This document shows, one piece after another, positions 16,222-27,326 of a DNA stretch of 64,000 bases. The stretch covers positions 306 through 64,305 of the forward strand of contig CAZNRN010000020.1 in NCBI GenBank assembly GCA_964575605.1, in the 5' to 3' direction. A program made the translations under genes and the position numbers. The DNA comes from an uncultured Micavibrio sp. (GTDB lineage Bacteria; Pseudomonadota; Alphaproteobacteria; Micavibrionales; UBA2020). Within the stretch, counting starts at the first letter, position 1. Each line of letters opens with the position of its first letter. The notes under the pieces were generated by a model, which did no database searches, was not told the DNA's origin, and saw nothing but the letters and a program-made list of their open reading frames with translations.

Positions 16222-16815
16222 ATGGATCAGAAAACACTGGCAAAATATCCCCTCGCGGAAATGGCTTTCATGGAGCATGACGATTTTTATGCGCGCCATG
16301 TGAAGGAAGGCATGGACGCGAGCTTGAAAAAATCGCGCGAGCGCATGTTCGAGATTATCGACCAGTGCGTCGACTGCCCGCCGTACCCGAAGGACGCGCT
16401 GATGGTGGTCGCCCTCATCAGCCTAGACCCGCTGGCCTGCAACCAGATGTACGGCGACCCTTACTACGGCACCGATGTCGACGCGCTGATGATCCAGCTG
16501 GTGGAACGTTCCAAAGAACCCGGCGCGGCGCTGCCCTATGGCATTGCCGCGATCGTCACCTCGATCGCGATCGTGAAGATGGAAGAGGCGATAGACAACA
16601 TCCAGGCCGGCCGCCTTGCCGTCACGCCCGGTGAAGTCAAAGCCACGCTGGCGCGCGGCGCCGAGAATGACGGCATGTACCTGCCGAACCTGAAAAACCG
16701 CGACCTGCAGGATTTGTACGAAACCACGCAGTTCGCCTTTTTCTGCGCCGTCGAGCGCGCCGCCAAAATCGACCGCAAACCCCCGCCCCCCGATTTCGGC
16801 GGGCCGGTTTTCTGA
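16222..16815 (+). CDS. Hypothetical cytoplasmic protein
   Basis: The ORF-track start at 16186 is the TTG inside the TTGACA box. The ATG at 16222 (MDQKTLAKYPLAEMAF...) is more plausible. No motif. Confidence 0.5.
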   Translation: MDQKTLAKYPLAEMAFMEHDDFYARHVKEGMDASLKKSRERMFEIIDQCVDCPPYPKDALMVVALISLDPLACNQMYGDPYYGTDVDALMIQLVERSKEPGAALPYGIAAIVTSIAIVKMEEAIDNIQAGRLAVTPGEVKATLARGAENDGMYLPNLKNRDLQDLYETTQFAFFCAVERAAKIDRKPPPPDFGGPVF

Positions 16816-16819
16816 TTAA

Positions 16820-17206
16820 TTACTCGCAGCCGCTCTGCTTGCGGCAGAGCTTCTGGTAGAAGTCGTATTTCTCCAGCCACTTTTTCTTGTTGGGCGAATT
16901 CGGCGCGCACTGGCCGTTCATGCAGTAGGGCATGGCGTTATTCGCGCCTGAGTAGGCCATTTGCTTGCACTTCTTTTGGCAGGCCGCGACGCGCTGCAGT
17001 TCCTCCATCTTCTTCTGCTGCTCGGCCGCGCTCTGGGTGACGCTGTTGCCGGGCAGGTTCTGCTGCGGAACGCCGCCGAAGCCTCCCTGCGGCACGTTGG
17101 CCGGCGTGGTGCGCTGGATGGTAAGGCCCTGTGTGCGCTGCTCGGCCATCGCAGGCGCGGCGAAAACAAGAAGAGCAAGGACGAGGATCAGCAGCCGGGT
17201 TTTCAT
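16820..17206 (-). CDS. Small secreted Cys-rich protein
   Basis: The internal ATG at 17206 gives signal peptide MKTRLLILVLALLVFAAPAMA. The mature part has 7 Cys (ACQKKCKQ ... YCMNGQCAP ... LCRKQSGCE). The upstream extension of the ORF-track entry looks non-coding. Confidence 0.55.
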   Translation of the reverse strand: MKTRLLILVLALLVFAAPAMAEQRTQGLTIQRTTPANVPQGGFGGVPQQNLPGNSVTQSAAEQQKKMEELQRVAACQKKCKQMAYSGANNAMPYCMNGQCAPNSPNKKKWLEKYDFYQKLCRKQSGCE

Positions 17207-17875
17207 GCAATGGGTTCCTTCTAAAAAACTTGATGCGCAAAGGTAATCAGCCCTGTGAAAAGGGTCAAGCGATCTAAAATGTATAAAAAGATACGCCGCG
17301 CGGCTTTCGCAAATTGAAGGTGCCTGCTCGCGAGTTATTGTTATCGTTGTCACTGTCAAAAGCGCGTCGGCCGCGCGGCGTACAAAGTTTATTGGCGGAA
17401 ACCCCCGATCTTTTTTCCGCTTGGTAGTCCAAAATATTCACGATGTGCAAAAACCCTGCGCCCCTGTCTCGCCATATCCCAGGTTCACCCGTTCGATTTG
17501 GGGGGGCGGACTCCCGGGGCACAATTCTATTATACCAATAAATTGCGTTTTTAGCATTCACTTATGGTTACAATTGCGCATTGAACCTTAAAAACGCTGT
17601 CTTTAAACCCTATATTTTGCTGGGTTTTCAATGGAAATATAAAATCACGAAACCGCAATTTTATAAGCCTTGAAAAATCACGCTTTTTTGCACGAAAATT
17701 TGTAATCCGGCAGCGCAAAAGCCCCGTATAAACCTTGAGAAAAACCTTCACATCATGTGCAAAGGGTAGTAATTTTCTGCGACTGAACTACCTGTATGCA
17801 CTGATGAATGGGAATTAGGGAAAGTGCTAGCTTTACAGGCTTTCCCGCATATTTGCCGAACGAAAGGAAACTAAA

Positions 17876-19834
<1,959 letters not shown>

Positions 19835-19905
19835 GCAAGGCGACAGGGCAAGCGGGGGACGATGTAACACGCGTCTCCCGCGCCCCCTTAAGGGCTTAAG
19901 GGCAT

Positions 19906-21087
19906 ATGGCGAAAAAAGATTTTTACCAGTTACTGGGCGTCGACAAGAAAGCCACGGCGGACGAGCTGAAAAAGGCCTACCGCAAGCTTGCGATGCAATA
20001 CCACCCCGACAAGAACCCCGGCAACAAAGAGGCCGAGGCGAAATTCAAGGAAATCAGCGAGGCCTATGGCGTGCTCTCGGACGAGCAGCAGCGCGCGGCC
20101 TATGACCGCTTCGGCCATGGCGCCTTCGAGGCCGGCATGCGCGGCGGCGCGGGCGGCGGTGCCGGCGGCGGCAACCCCTTCGGCGGCGGTGGCGGCGGCT
20201 TCGGCGGCTTTTCCGATATCTTCGAAGAAATGTTCGGCGATTTCGCGGCCGGCATGGGCGGCCAGCAACGCCGCGGCGGCGAGGGCAGCACGGCACGGCG
20301 CGGCGCCGACACCAGCCACGAAATGGAAATTTCGCTGGAGGAAGCCTTCGCGGGCAAGGAAGCCACCATTAAAGTCGCCAGCTGGCAGGGCTGCGTCGCC
20401 TGCAATAACACCGGCGCGGAAAAAGGCACCAAGGCCGAAACCTGCCAGACCTGCCACGGTTCCGGCCGCATGCGCGCGCAGCAGGGCTTCTTCACGGTCG
20501 AGCGCACCTGCCCCACCTGCGGGGGCCAGGGCCAGACGATTAAAACCCCCTGCCATATTTGCGGCGGCGCGGGCCGCACGCGCAAAGAGAAACAACTCCA
20601 GATCTCGGTGCCCGCGGGCATCGAGGACGGCACGCGCATCCGCCTCTCGGGCGAGGGCGAGGCCGGCACGCGCGGCGGACCGCCGGGCGACCTTTACGTT
20701 TTCCTCTCCATACGTCCCCATAGATTTTTGCAGCGCGAGGCGTCCAACCTTTTCTGCCGCGTGCCCGTGCCGATGACGACGGTCGCGCTGGGCGGCACGG
20801 TGGAAGTTCCCACCATCGACGGCAAGCGCATGAAGGTGACAGTGCCCGCAGGCACCCAGACGGGGCAGCAGTTCAGGCTGAAGGGCAAGGGCATGACGAT
20901 TTTGCGCTCCCCCAACCGCGGCGACATGTTTGTCGAAGTGCTGGTGGAAACGCCCGTCAACCTGTCGAAGAAGCAGAAAGAACTGCTGCAGCAATTCGCC
21001 GGCGACGCGCCCGAAGACAAGACCAGCCCCCAGTCCTCCAGCTTCTTTTCCAAAGTGAAAGAGCTGTGGGAAGACCTGAAGGATTAA
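19906..21087 (+). CDS. dnaJ: Molecular chaperone DnaJ
   Basis: J domain with HPD, a G/F-rich region, four CxxCxGxG zinc-finger motifs and a C-terminal substrate-binding domain; 393 aa. Confidence 0.97.
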   Translation: MAKKDFYQLLGVDKKATADELKKAYRKLAMQYHPDKNPGNKEAEAKFKEISEAYGVLSDEQQRAAYDRFGHGAFEAGMRGGAGGGAGGGNPFGGGGGGFGGFSDIFEEMFGDFAAGMGGQQRRGGEGSTARRGADTSHEMEISLEEAFAGKEATIKVASWQGCVACNNTGAEKGTKAETCQTCHGSGRMRAQQGFFTVERTCPTCGGQGQTIKTPCHICGGAGRTRKEKQLQISVPAGIEDGTRIRLSGEGEAGTRGGPPGDLYVFLSIRPHRFLQREASNLFCRVPVPMTTVALGGTVEVPTIDGKRMKVTVPAGTQTGQQFRLKGKGMTILRSPNRGDMFVEVLVETPVNLSKKQKELLQQFAGDAPEDKTSPQSSSFFSKVKELWEDLKD

Positions 21088-21091
21088 GTTG

Positions 21092-21490
21092 ATGCGTTTC
21101 GTTGCATTCGCACTGGCGCTCTTTGCCTTTTCAGCCAGCGCTTACGCTATCGTTGCACCGATTGAACCCACACCGCCCGCGGTTTATACCTGCACACCTG
21201 ATGCCTTTAAGCTGGAAGCCGACGGTGACGGGCTGCGCCTGACGGGCAGCCTCGATATGCCGACACCGGGTTACAAATACTGGTTCGCCGATATCGAAAC
21301 GCGCCCCGACAATTCCATCCACGCCACCTTGAAAGTCACCGCGCCCGAGGGCATGGTGATACAGGTGATATCGCCGATGGATATCGAACAGGCCTTCGGC
21401 CTCGCGGCGAAACTTGTCATCAAGGTCGACGGAAAATACAACGACGGCGCAGAAGAAATCATCTGCAAGGAAAAAGGTGAAAAAGAATGA
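21092..21490 (+). CDS. Small secreted protein of unknown function
   Basis: The ATG at 21092 (the ORF track starts 3 nt earlier at TTG) gives signal peptide MRFVAFALALFAFSASAYA. It overlaps the dapB start by 4 nt. Confidence 0.5.
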   Translation: MRFVAFALALFAFSASAYAIVAPIEPTPPAVYTCTPDAFKLEADGDGLRLTGSLDMPTPGYKYWFADIETRPDNSIHATLKVTAPEGMVIQVISPMDIEQAFGLAAKLVIKVDGKYNDGAEEIICKEKGEKE

Positions 21491-22287
21491 AACTCGGCAT
21501 CCTTGGCGGCGCTGGCCGCATGGGGCAGATGATTGCCCGCGAGATCCTCGCCAATGACCATGGCGCGAAACTTTTCGCCGCCGTCGACCACAAGAAAAGC
21601 TGGGCGATCGGCAAGGACATGGGCGGCATTCTGGGCGCCGACCCCTGCGGCATCTGCGTCACTACCGACAAGGAAGCGGCGTTTAAAGCCTGCGACGTGC
21701 TGGTCGATTTCACCACGGCAGACGCCGTCACCGAACACGCGGCGCTGGCGCACCAGCACGGCAAGGGGCTGATCGTCGGTACAACAGGTTTGGGCGACAA
21801 GGAAATGGCGGCCATCAAGGCGGCGGCCAGCAAATCCCCGATGCTGCAGGCCGCGAACATGAGCGTGGGCGTGAACCTTCTCGTCTCGCTGGTCGAAAAA
21901 GCCGCAGCCATGCTGGGCCCCGAATACGATATCGAGATTTTCGAAGCGCACCACAGGCATAAAATCGACGCGCCTTCGGGCACCGCCCTCTCCCTTGGCC
22001 ATGCCGCGGCACGCGGCCGCGGCGTCAGGCTGGAAGACGCCATGGTGCCCGCGCGATTTGGCCAGATCGGCGCGCGCCCCGTGGGCGCCATCGGCATGTC
22101 GGTGTTCCGCGGCGGCGACGTCGTGGGCGACCATACCGTTACTTTCGCAGGCACGGGCGAACGCATCGAATTCGCGCACAAGGCTTCCGACCGTTCGCTC
22201 TTCGCCAAGGGCGCGGTCAAGGCCGCCGTCTGGCTGCACGGCAAACCCGCAGGGCTTTACACCATGCGCGACGTGCTCGGCGTTTAA
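21487..22287 (+). CDS. dapB: 4-hydroxy-tetrahydrodipicolinate reductase
   Basis: MKLGILGGAGRMGQ ... EAHHRHKIDAPSGTA ... RGGDVVGDHTV are DapB signatures. Confidence 0.93.
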   Translation: MKLGILGGAGRMGQMIAREILANDHGAKLFAAVDHKKSWAIGKDMGGILGADPCGICVTTDKEAAFKACDVLVDFTTADAVTEHAALAHQHGKGLIVGTTGLGDKEMAAIKAAASKSPMLQAANMSVGVNLLVSLVEKAAAMLGPEYDIEIFEAHHRHKIDAPSGTALSLGHAAARGRGVRLEDAMVPARFGQIGARPVGAIGMSVFRGGDVVGDHTVTFAGTGERIEFAHKASDRSLFAKGAVKAAVWLHGKPAGLYTMRDVLGV

Positions 22288-22313
22288 GTTTCAAAATCAC
22301 AGGAGAAAACAAC

Positions 22314-22781
22314 ATGGCCCCCGCCACTACCGTCAACCAGGAAGAAGTCCTGAAAGTCCTCAACAAAATCCTCGAGGCCGAACTGGCCGGCGTGGTGCGC
22401 TATATGCACTACTCGCTGATGATTTACGGCTATAACCGCATCCCCATCGTCTCGTGGCTGCGCGGGCAGGCGAATGAATCGATGACGCATGCGCAGGAAG
22501 CGGGCGAGCTGATCACCCATTTCGGCGGCCACCCCTCGCTCGGCATCGGCCACCTGCTGGAATCGCACAAGCACGACGTGGGCGACATTCTGAAAGAGTC
22601 GCTGGAGCACGAAAAGGAAACCGTCGGCTATTACTACGAGCTGCTGAAGCTGGTCGAAGGCAAATCGGTGCTGCTGGAAGAATACGCGCTGAAAATGATC
22701 TCGGCCGAAGAACTCCACATGGGCGACGTCGACAAAATGCTGCGCAAGCCCGGCGAAATCCGCCCGGTTGTGAAGGAATAA
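22314..22781 (+). CDS. Ferritin-like (bacterioferritin/Dps superfamily) protein
   Basis: 155 aa with a four-helix pattern: LNKILEAELAGVVRYMHYS ... ESMTHAQEAGELI ... ESLEHEKETVGYY ... ISAEELHMGD (paired E / ExxH ligand motifs). Confidence 0.65.
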   Translation: MAPATTVNQEEVLKVLNKILEAELAGVVRYMHYSLMIYGYNRIPIVSWLRGQANESMTHAQEAGELITHFGGHPSLGIGHLLESHKHDVGDILKESLEHEKETVGYYYELLKLVEGKSVLLEEYALKMISAEELHMGDVDKMLRKPGEIRPVVKE

Positions 22782-22793
22782 GTTAAGGTTTAA

Positions 22794-22820
22794 CCCCGGC
22801 GAAAGCCGGGGTTTCTTTTT
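22794..22820 (+). terminator. Rho-independent terminator
   Basis: CCCCGGC-GAAA-GCCGGGG followed by TTTCTTTTT. Confidence 0.8.
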
Positions 22821-22889
22821 CCGCGCAGGGATTTCCCCTCCACCTCCGTATAAGGTAATGTAGTTCCTGCATTTTCAGGGGGATGCCCT

Positions 22890-24254
22890 ATGCCTGCCAC
22901 GCCCGAAAGTTTTATTGCCGTTAACCGCTTCGGCTATGGCGCCAAGGGCAATGAACTGAACGAGGCCGCCCGCGACCCCCGCGGCTGGCTGCTGTCGCAA
23001 CTGAACCCCCGTTACGCGAATAACAGCGCCTTCAATGGCCTGCCCTCCGGCAAGGAAGCCGTAAAGGACATGCGCGACCGGCTGCAGATGAAAAAGCTCG
23101 CCAAGATGCAGGAAGCCGAGCAGGCCGAAAAGGTCAAGGAGATGCTGAAGGAAGCCGGCAAAGGCTATATCAAGGACGTCGCCCTCCGCACCCGCGTCGC
23201 GGCTTCGTCGCCCGCGCCCTTCTTCGAGCGCCTTGTGCATTTCTGGAGCAACCATTTCACGGTATCCGCCACCAAGCCGCCCGAGCTTGCCATGGCCATG
23301 GCTTTCGAGCGCGAGGCCATCCGCCCGAATATCCTCGGCAATTTCCAGCAGCTGCTGCGCGCCTCGACGCGCCATCCGGCGATGCTGATATATCTCGACA
23401 ACCAGCGCTCGGTCGGGCCGAATTCGATGGGCGGCAAGTTCGCGAAAAAAGGCCTGAACGAAAACCTTGCCCGTGAAATCCTCGAGCTGCATACGCTGGG
23501 CGTTTCCGGCGGGTATACGCAGCGGGACGTGACCGAATTCGCCAAAATCCTGACCGGATGGTCGGTCGATGTCGACGGCAAGGGCGACGGCAGCGGATTT
23601 TTCTTCCGCCGTCCCATCCACGAACCGGGTGAAAAAACCGTCCTTGGCCGCCGCTACGACCAAGGCGGTATCGAGGAGGGCGAGGCCGCGCTCGAGGCCT
23701 TTGCCGCACATCCCTCCACCGCCGTCTTTATCGCGACGAAACTGGCGCGGCATTTTATCGCCGACGAGCCGCCGGTACCCGCCATCAATGCGCTCTCATC
23801 AACCTTTGCCCGCACGCAGGGCGATTTGATGGCTGTTTACCGCATGCTTGTATCGCTGAAAGAAGCCTGGGCGGAGCCATTGCCGAAAATGAAGACGCCG
23901 AACGATTATATCCTGTCCATCCTGCGCGCGACGCAGGCGCATGAAAACGTCGATAACCTGAAACTGGCGGGCGCCTACAAGATGCTGGGTCAGGCGCCCT
24001 TCACCGCGCCTTCACCTGCGGGGTGGAGCGACCGCGCGAAAGACTGGGTGGGGGCAGAAGCGCTGCTGCAGCGCATCGACCTTGCAAGGAAAGTGGCGGA
24101 CGGCGTGCATACCGATTTCGAACCCGCCAAGCTGCTGGAAAACACCATCGGCCCCGTCGCCTCGGCCGAAACCCGCTTCGCCGTGACGCGCGCAGGCTCG
24201 CCCGCCGAAGCGATTACGCTGCTGTTCGCCAGCCCCGAATTCCAGAGGAGATAA
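22890..24254 (+). CDS. DUF1800-family protein
   Basis: 454 aa. The blocks LVHFWSNHFTVS and ELHTLGV are as I recall for DUF1800. It is followed 4 nt later by a DUF1501 gene, the usual pairing. Confidence 0.7.
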   Translation: MPATPESFIAVNRFGYGAKGNELNEAARDPRGWLLSQLNPRYANNSAFNGLPSGKEAVKDMRDRLQMKKLAKMQEAEQAEKVKEMLKEAGKGYIKDVALRTRVAASSPAPFFERLVHFWSNHFTVSATKPPELAMAMAFEREAIRPNILGNFQQLLRASTRHPAMLIYLDNQRSVGPNSMGGKFAKKGLNENLAREILELHTLGVSGGYTQRDVTEFAKILTGWSVDVDGKGDGSGFFFRRPIHEPGEKTVLGRRYDQGGIEEGEAALEAFAAHPSTAVFIATKLARHFIADEPPVPAINALSSTFARTQGDLMAVYRMLVSLKEAWAEPLPKMKTPNDYILSILRATQAHENVDNLKLAGAYKMLGQAPFTAPSPAGWSDRAKDWVGAEALLQRIDLARKVADGVHTDFEPAKLLENTIGPVASAETRFAVTRAGSPAEAITLLFASPEFQRR

Positions 24255-24257
24255 GGT

Positions 24258-25460
24258 ATGGACGATATCTGCATCAACCGCCGTAAACTTCTCCAGGGCG
24301 CAGGCTTGCTGGCATGTGCTTCCGCACTGCCGATGCGCGTTTCTTTCGCCGCGGCCCCCACCGAACAGCGTTTTATTTTCGTCATCCTGCGGGGCGCGAT
24401 GGACGGGCTTGCCGCCATACCGCCCTATGGCGACCGCGCCTATGCCGCGGCGCGGGGCGGCATGGCGCTGCCGAAAACGGCCTATACGCCGCTCGATAAT
24501 TTTTACGGCGCGCATATCAGCCTTGCCAATTTCACCGCTATGTTCAAAAACGGCGAGGCCGCTGTGCTGCATGCCGTCTCGACGCCCTACCGCGAACGCT
24601 CGCACTTCGATGCGCAGAACGTGCTGGAAACAGGCGGCACCACGGCGCATGGGCTGCATGACGGCTGGCTGAACCGCGCGCTGTCTGTCTATGGCGCCAG
24701 CGGCCTTGCGGTCGGGCAGACGATCCCCCTGGCGTTGCAGGGGGATAAAGCCGTCGGCACCTGGGCGCCCGCAGCCGACGGCTTGCCAGAAGACACCTTG
24801 TTAATCGCGCTTGAAAAGCTTTACCGCAAGGATGCCTTGCTGCATGCGGCGCTGGAACAGGCGGTGGGAGTGCATGGCATTGCCGATGGCGCGACGCAAG
24901 GCATGGGCAAGATGAAGCAGGGGCCCAAAGGCCTCGCCAATAAACAGGCGATGGAATCGACCGTCACGGCGGTCGGCAAAATCCTCTCCGACCCCAAGGG
25001 CCCCCGTATCGCGACCATCGAGCTGGGCGGCTGGGATACGCATGCGCAGCAGGGGCTGGACCGCGGCGCGCTGGCCAACAACTTTGCCGCGCTCGACGCC
25101 GGTTTCGGCGCGATCAAGCCCGCCATGGGCGCGCTCTGGGATAAAACCGTGATATTGGCCGCGACCGAATTCGGCCGCACCGTCGCGGGCAACGGCACCA
25201 ACGGCACCGACCACGGCACGGCCTCCTGCGCCTTCCTGCTGGGCGGCGCGGTCAATGGCGGGCGCGTGGTTGCAGAGTGGCCGGGGCTGGACAAGGCGCA
25301 GCAGTTCGAGGGCCGCGACCTGCGCCCCACCATGGACCTGCGGCAGGCGGCCAAGGCCGTACTGGCCGACCACTTACGATTGGCATCAGCCGATATCGAT
25401 ACGCGCGTGTTTCCGAACAGCAGCGGGCTGCGCGGGCTGGAAGGGCTTATAAAGGCTTGA
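24258..25460 (+). CDS. DUF1501-family protein with Tat signal
   Basis: Twin-arginine leader INRRKLLQGAGLLACASAL. Blocks SHFDAQ, GGWDTHAQQ, EFGRT and GTDHG are typical of DUF1501 (sulfatase-like fold). Confidence 0.72.
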   Translation: MDDICINRRKLLQGAGLLACASALPMRVSFAAAPTEQRFIFVILRGAMDGLAAIPPYGDRAYAAARGGMALPKTAYTPLDNFYGAHISLANFTAMFKNGEAAVLHAVSTPYRERSHFDAQNVLETGGTTAHGLHDGWLNRALSVYGASGLAVGQTIPLALQGDKAVGTWAPAADGLPEDTLLIALEKLYRKDALLHAALEQAVGVHGIADGATQGMGKMKQGPKGLANKQAMESTVTAVGKILSDPKGPRIATIELGGWDTHAQQGLDRGALANNFAALDAGFGAIKPAMGALWDKTVILAATEFGRTVAGNGTNGTDHGTASCAFLLGGAVNGGRVVAEWPGLDKAQQFEGRDLRPTMDLRQAAKAVLADHLRLASADIDTRVFPNSSGLRGLEGLIKA

Positions 25461-25516
25461 TTTTACAGCTGATATTATATTTTGCATAATGCTGCGTTCT
25501 TTGGTATAAAGTGCGC

Positions 25517-25548
25517 AGGCGGCAGTCCAGTGCCGCCTTTCTCATTTT
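25517..25548 (+). terminator. Rho-independent terminator after the DUF1501 gene
   Basis: AGGCGGCA-gtccag-TGCCGCCT followed by TTCTCATTTT. Confidence 0.6.
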
Positions 25549-25561
25549 AACGGAGCGCGCC

Positions 25562-26119
25562 ATGACCGAGCCTGTCGTCAAAACCTTCGCCCAATTCGAG
25601 ACGTCCAGCTATGGCCGCGGCCCCGCGATTGAAATCGCCGATGTGAAGGACGCCGTCGCCTATGGCATCAAGAACGGCTGCGCGCGCTTTTCGATTTACG
25701 AGACGACATCGATGACGGTGGGTGGCAAGACGATGTCGAGCGACCCTGAATTCAAGCCGGGCTCATACAAGCTGTTCGTCGATAAAATCATGACGGCTGC
25801 CGATATCGTTGCTTTCTATGACCAGAAAATCGCCGACGACAAATCGGGCAAGGGCCGCGCCAACAAATCGGGGTTCATGGGCGATACGGACGCGCTCGTG
25901 AACCGCCAGATGCGCGACCACTTCAAGGAATATCCGGCAGACAAGCCGTTTTACGACGACCCCTTCGGCCGCGGCGAGGAATTCAGCAGCCTGAACGACG
26001 GCGATATCGCCTTCAACCGCAAGGGCGAACAGGTCTGGCCCGTCCCCGCCCCTTCCGTCGCCGTCGACCACAAGGTCGCGCCGATGAAGCCGCTGAAACT
26101 GAAAACGCCGAAGCCCTAA
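25562..26119 (+). CDS. Hypothetical protein
   Basis: The ATG at 25562 (MTEPVVKTFAQ...) follows a GGAG RBS. The ORF-track start at 25511 lies inside the terminator hairpin. No motif. Confidence 0.5.
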   Translation: MTEPVVKTFAQFETSSYGRGPAIEIADVKDAVAYGIKNGCARFSIYETTSMTVGGKTMSSDPEFKPGSYKLFVDKIMTAADIVAFYDQKIADDKSGKGRANKSGFMGDTDALVNRQMRDHFKEYPADKPFYDDPFGRGEEFSSLNDGDIAFNRKGEQVWPVPAPSVAVDHKVAPMKPLKLKTPKP

Positions 26120-26646
26120 ACGCCCTCGCCTTTCAGCAGCGCTTTTTTCACGGCGGGGCCCCAGCCGTAATTCACCTTTTTACCGTCCTTGTTCACCACG
26201 CGGTGGCAAGGAACGATAACAGAAACAGTGTTGCGCCCGACGGCGGAGCCGACCGCCCGCATGGCGGAAGGCTTGCGCAGTTTCTTCGCGATATCGTGAT
26301 AGGTGCAGGTGCTGCCGGGTTTTATTTTTAGCAGTTCCTTCCAGACCTTCAGCTGGAAGGGCGTGCCGTAGAGCACCAGCGGGATGCTGAGTTTATCCAT
26401 GTTATCCGGCCAGATCTTCGCGATTTCGGCGGCCGTCCTTTTGGTCAGTTTCTGGTCTTCAATCAGGTTCGCACCCGGCCAGTAGGAAGCAAATTTATCG
26501 TAGGGGCAATTGATGCCGAGCCAGCAGAGCCCCTCGGCGGTCAATCCCACCATGATTTTCCCCACGGGAAACGGGTGTTCGCCCCAGACGATGGTCAGGT
26601 TGCGCCCGCGCCTGGTTTTGGGCATCGCTTTGGTGATGACTTTCAT
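26116..26646 (-). CDS. ogt: Methylated-DNA--protein-cysteine methyltransferase
   Basis: TPFQLKVWKELLKIKPGSTCTYHDIA ... RAVGSAVGRNTVSVIVPCHRVV contains the PCHRV active site. Confidence 0.88.
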   Translation of the reverse strand: MKVITKAMPKTRRGRNLTIVWGEHPFPVGKIMVGLTAEGLCWLGINCPYDKFASYWPGANLIEDQKLTKRTAAEIAKIWPDNMDKLSIPLVLYGTPFQLKVWKELLKIKPGSTCTYHDIAKKLRKPSAMRAVGSAVGRNTVSVIVPCHRVVNKDGKKVNYGWGPAVKKALLKGEGV

Positions 26647-26684
26647 GCGCCAACTCCCTATAAAATGATAACGGAAGTTAACGC

Positions 26685-27326
26685 ATGACCCCCGACAAAG
26701 TCGAACAGTTTTTCGCGCGGCTGAAAAAACAGAACCCCGAGCCCCAGGGGGAACTGGAATACACCAATGCCTATACGCTCCTGGTGGCGGTCGTGCTGTC
26801 GGCGCAGGCGACCGATACGGGCGTGAACAAGGCGACGCGCGCGCTGTTCGGGAAAGTTTCCACGCCGTGCGAGATGGTCGACCTCGGCCTCGACCGCCTG
26901 AAAGATTATATCAAGACCATCGGGCTTTATAACGGCAAGGCGAAAAACGTCATCGCGCTCTCCGAAATCCTCGTGAACGAGCACGAGGGCGAGGTGCCGC
27001 AGTCGATGGAGGAGCTTATCAAACTGCCGGGCGTCGGGCGCAAGACGGCGAACGTGGTCCTCAACATCGCCTTCGGCCAACCGACGATTGCGGTCGACAC
27101 ACACCTCTTCCGCGTCGGCAACCGCACGGGGCTTGCCCCCGGAAAAACGCCCGAGCAAGTGGAGGAAAAGCTGTTAAAAGTCGTACCGAAAAAATACCTG
27201 CGCCATGCGCATACGTGGTTAATCCTGCACGGCCGCTATACCTGCAAGGCGCGCGTGCCCTTATGCCCGACATGCCCCGTAAAAGACCTCTGCGGCTATA
27301 AAATGAAAACGGTTTTGGGCGGTTAG
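26685..27326 (+). CDS. nth: Endonuclease III
   Basis: HhH-GPD LPGVGRKTANVVL and the C-terminal 4Fe-4S cluster CKARVPLCPTCPVKDLC. Confidence 0.93.
   Translation: MTPDKVEQFFARLKKQNPEPQGELEYTNAYTLLVAVVLSAQATDTGVNKATRALFGKVSTPCEMVDLGLDRLKDYIKTIGLYNGKAKNVIALSEILVNEHEGEVPQSMEELIKLPGVGRKTANVVLNIAFGQPTIAVDTHLFRVGNRTGLAPGKTPEQVEEKLLKVVPKKYLRHAHTWLILHGRYTCKARVPLCPTCPVKDLCGYKMKTVLGG

Noticed and set aside
17470-17525. tRNA-like T-loop string (cccaggttcacccGTTCGATTTggggggg) in the dnaK upstream region, considered as a tRNA gene or tRNA-fragment att site.
   Set aside because: Only a 4-bp stem with a G-U pair can be drawn. There is no acceptor stem, anticodon arm or CCA context, and no integrase is nearby.
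17669-17700. CTTGAAA heptamer upstream of dnaK, considered as a sigma-32 promoter.
   Set aside because: No CCCCAT-like -10 lies at 13-15 nt (the sequence there is gcacgaaa). The dnaK promoter remains unassigned.
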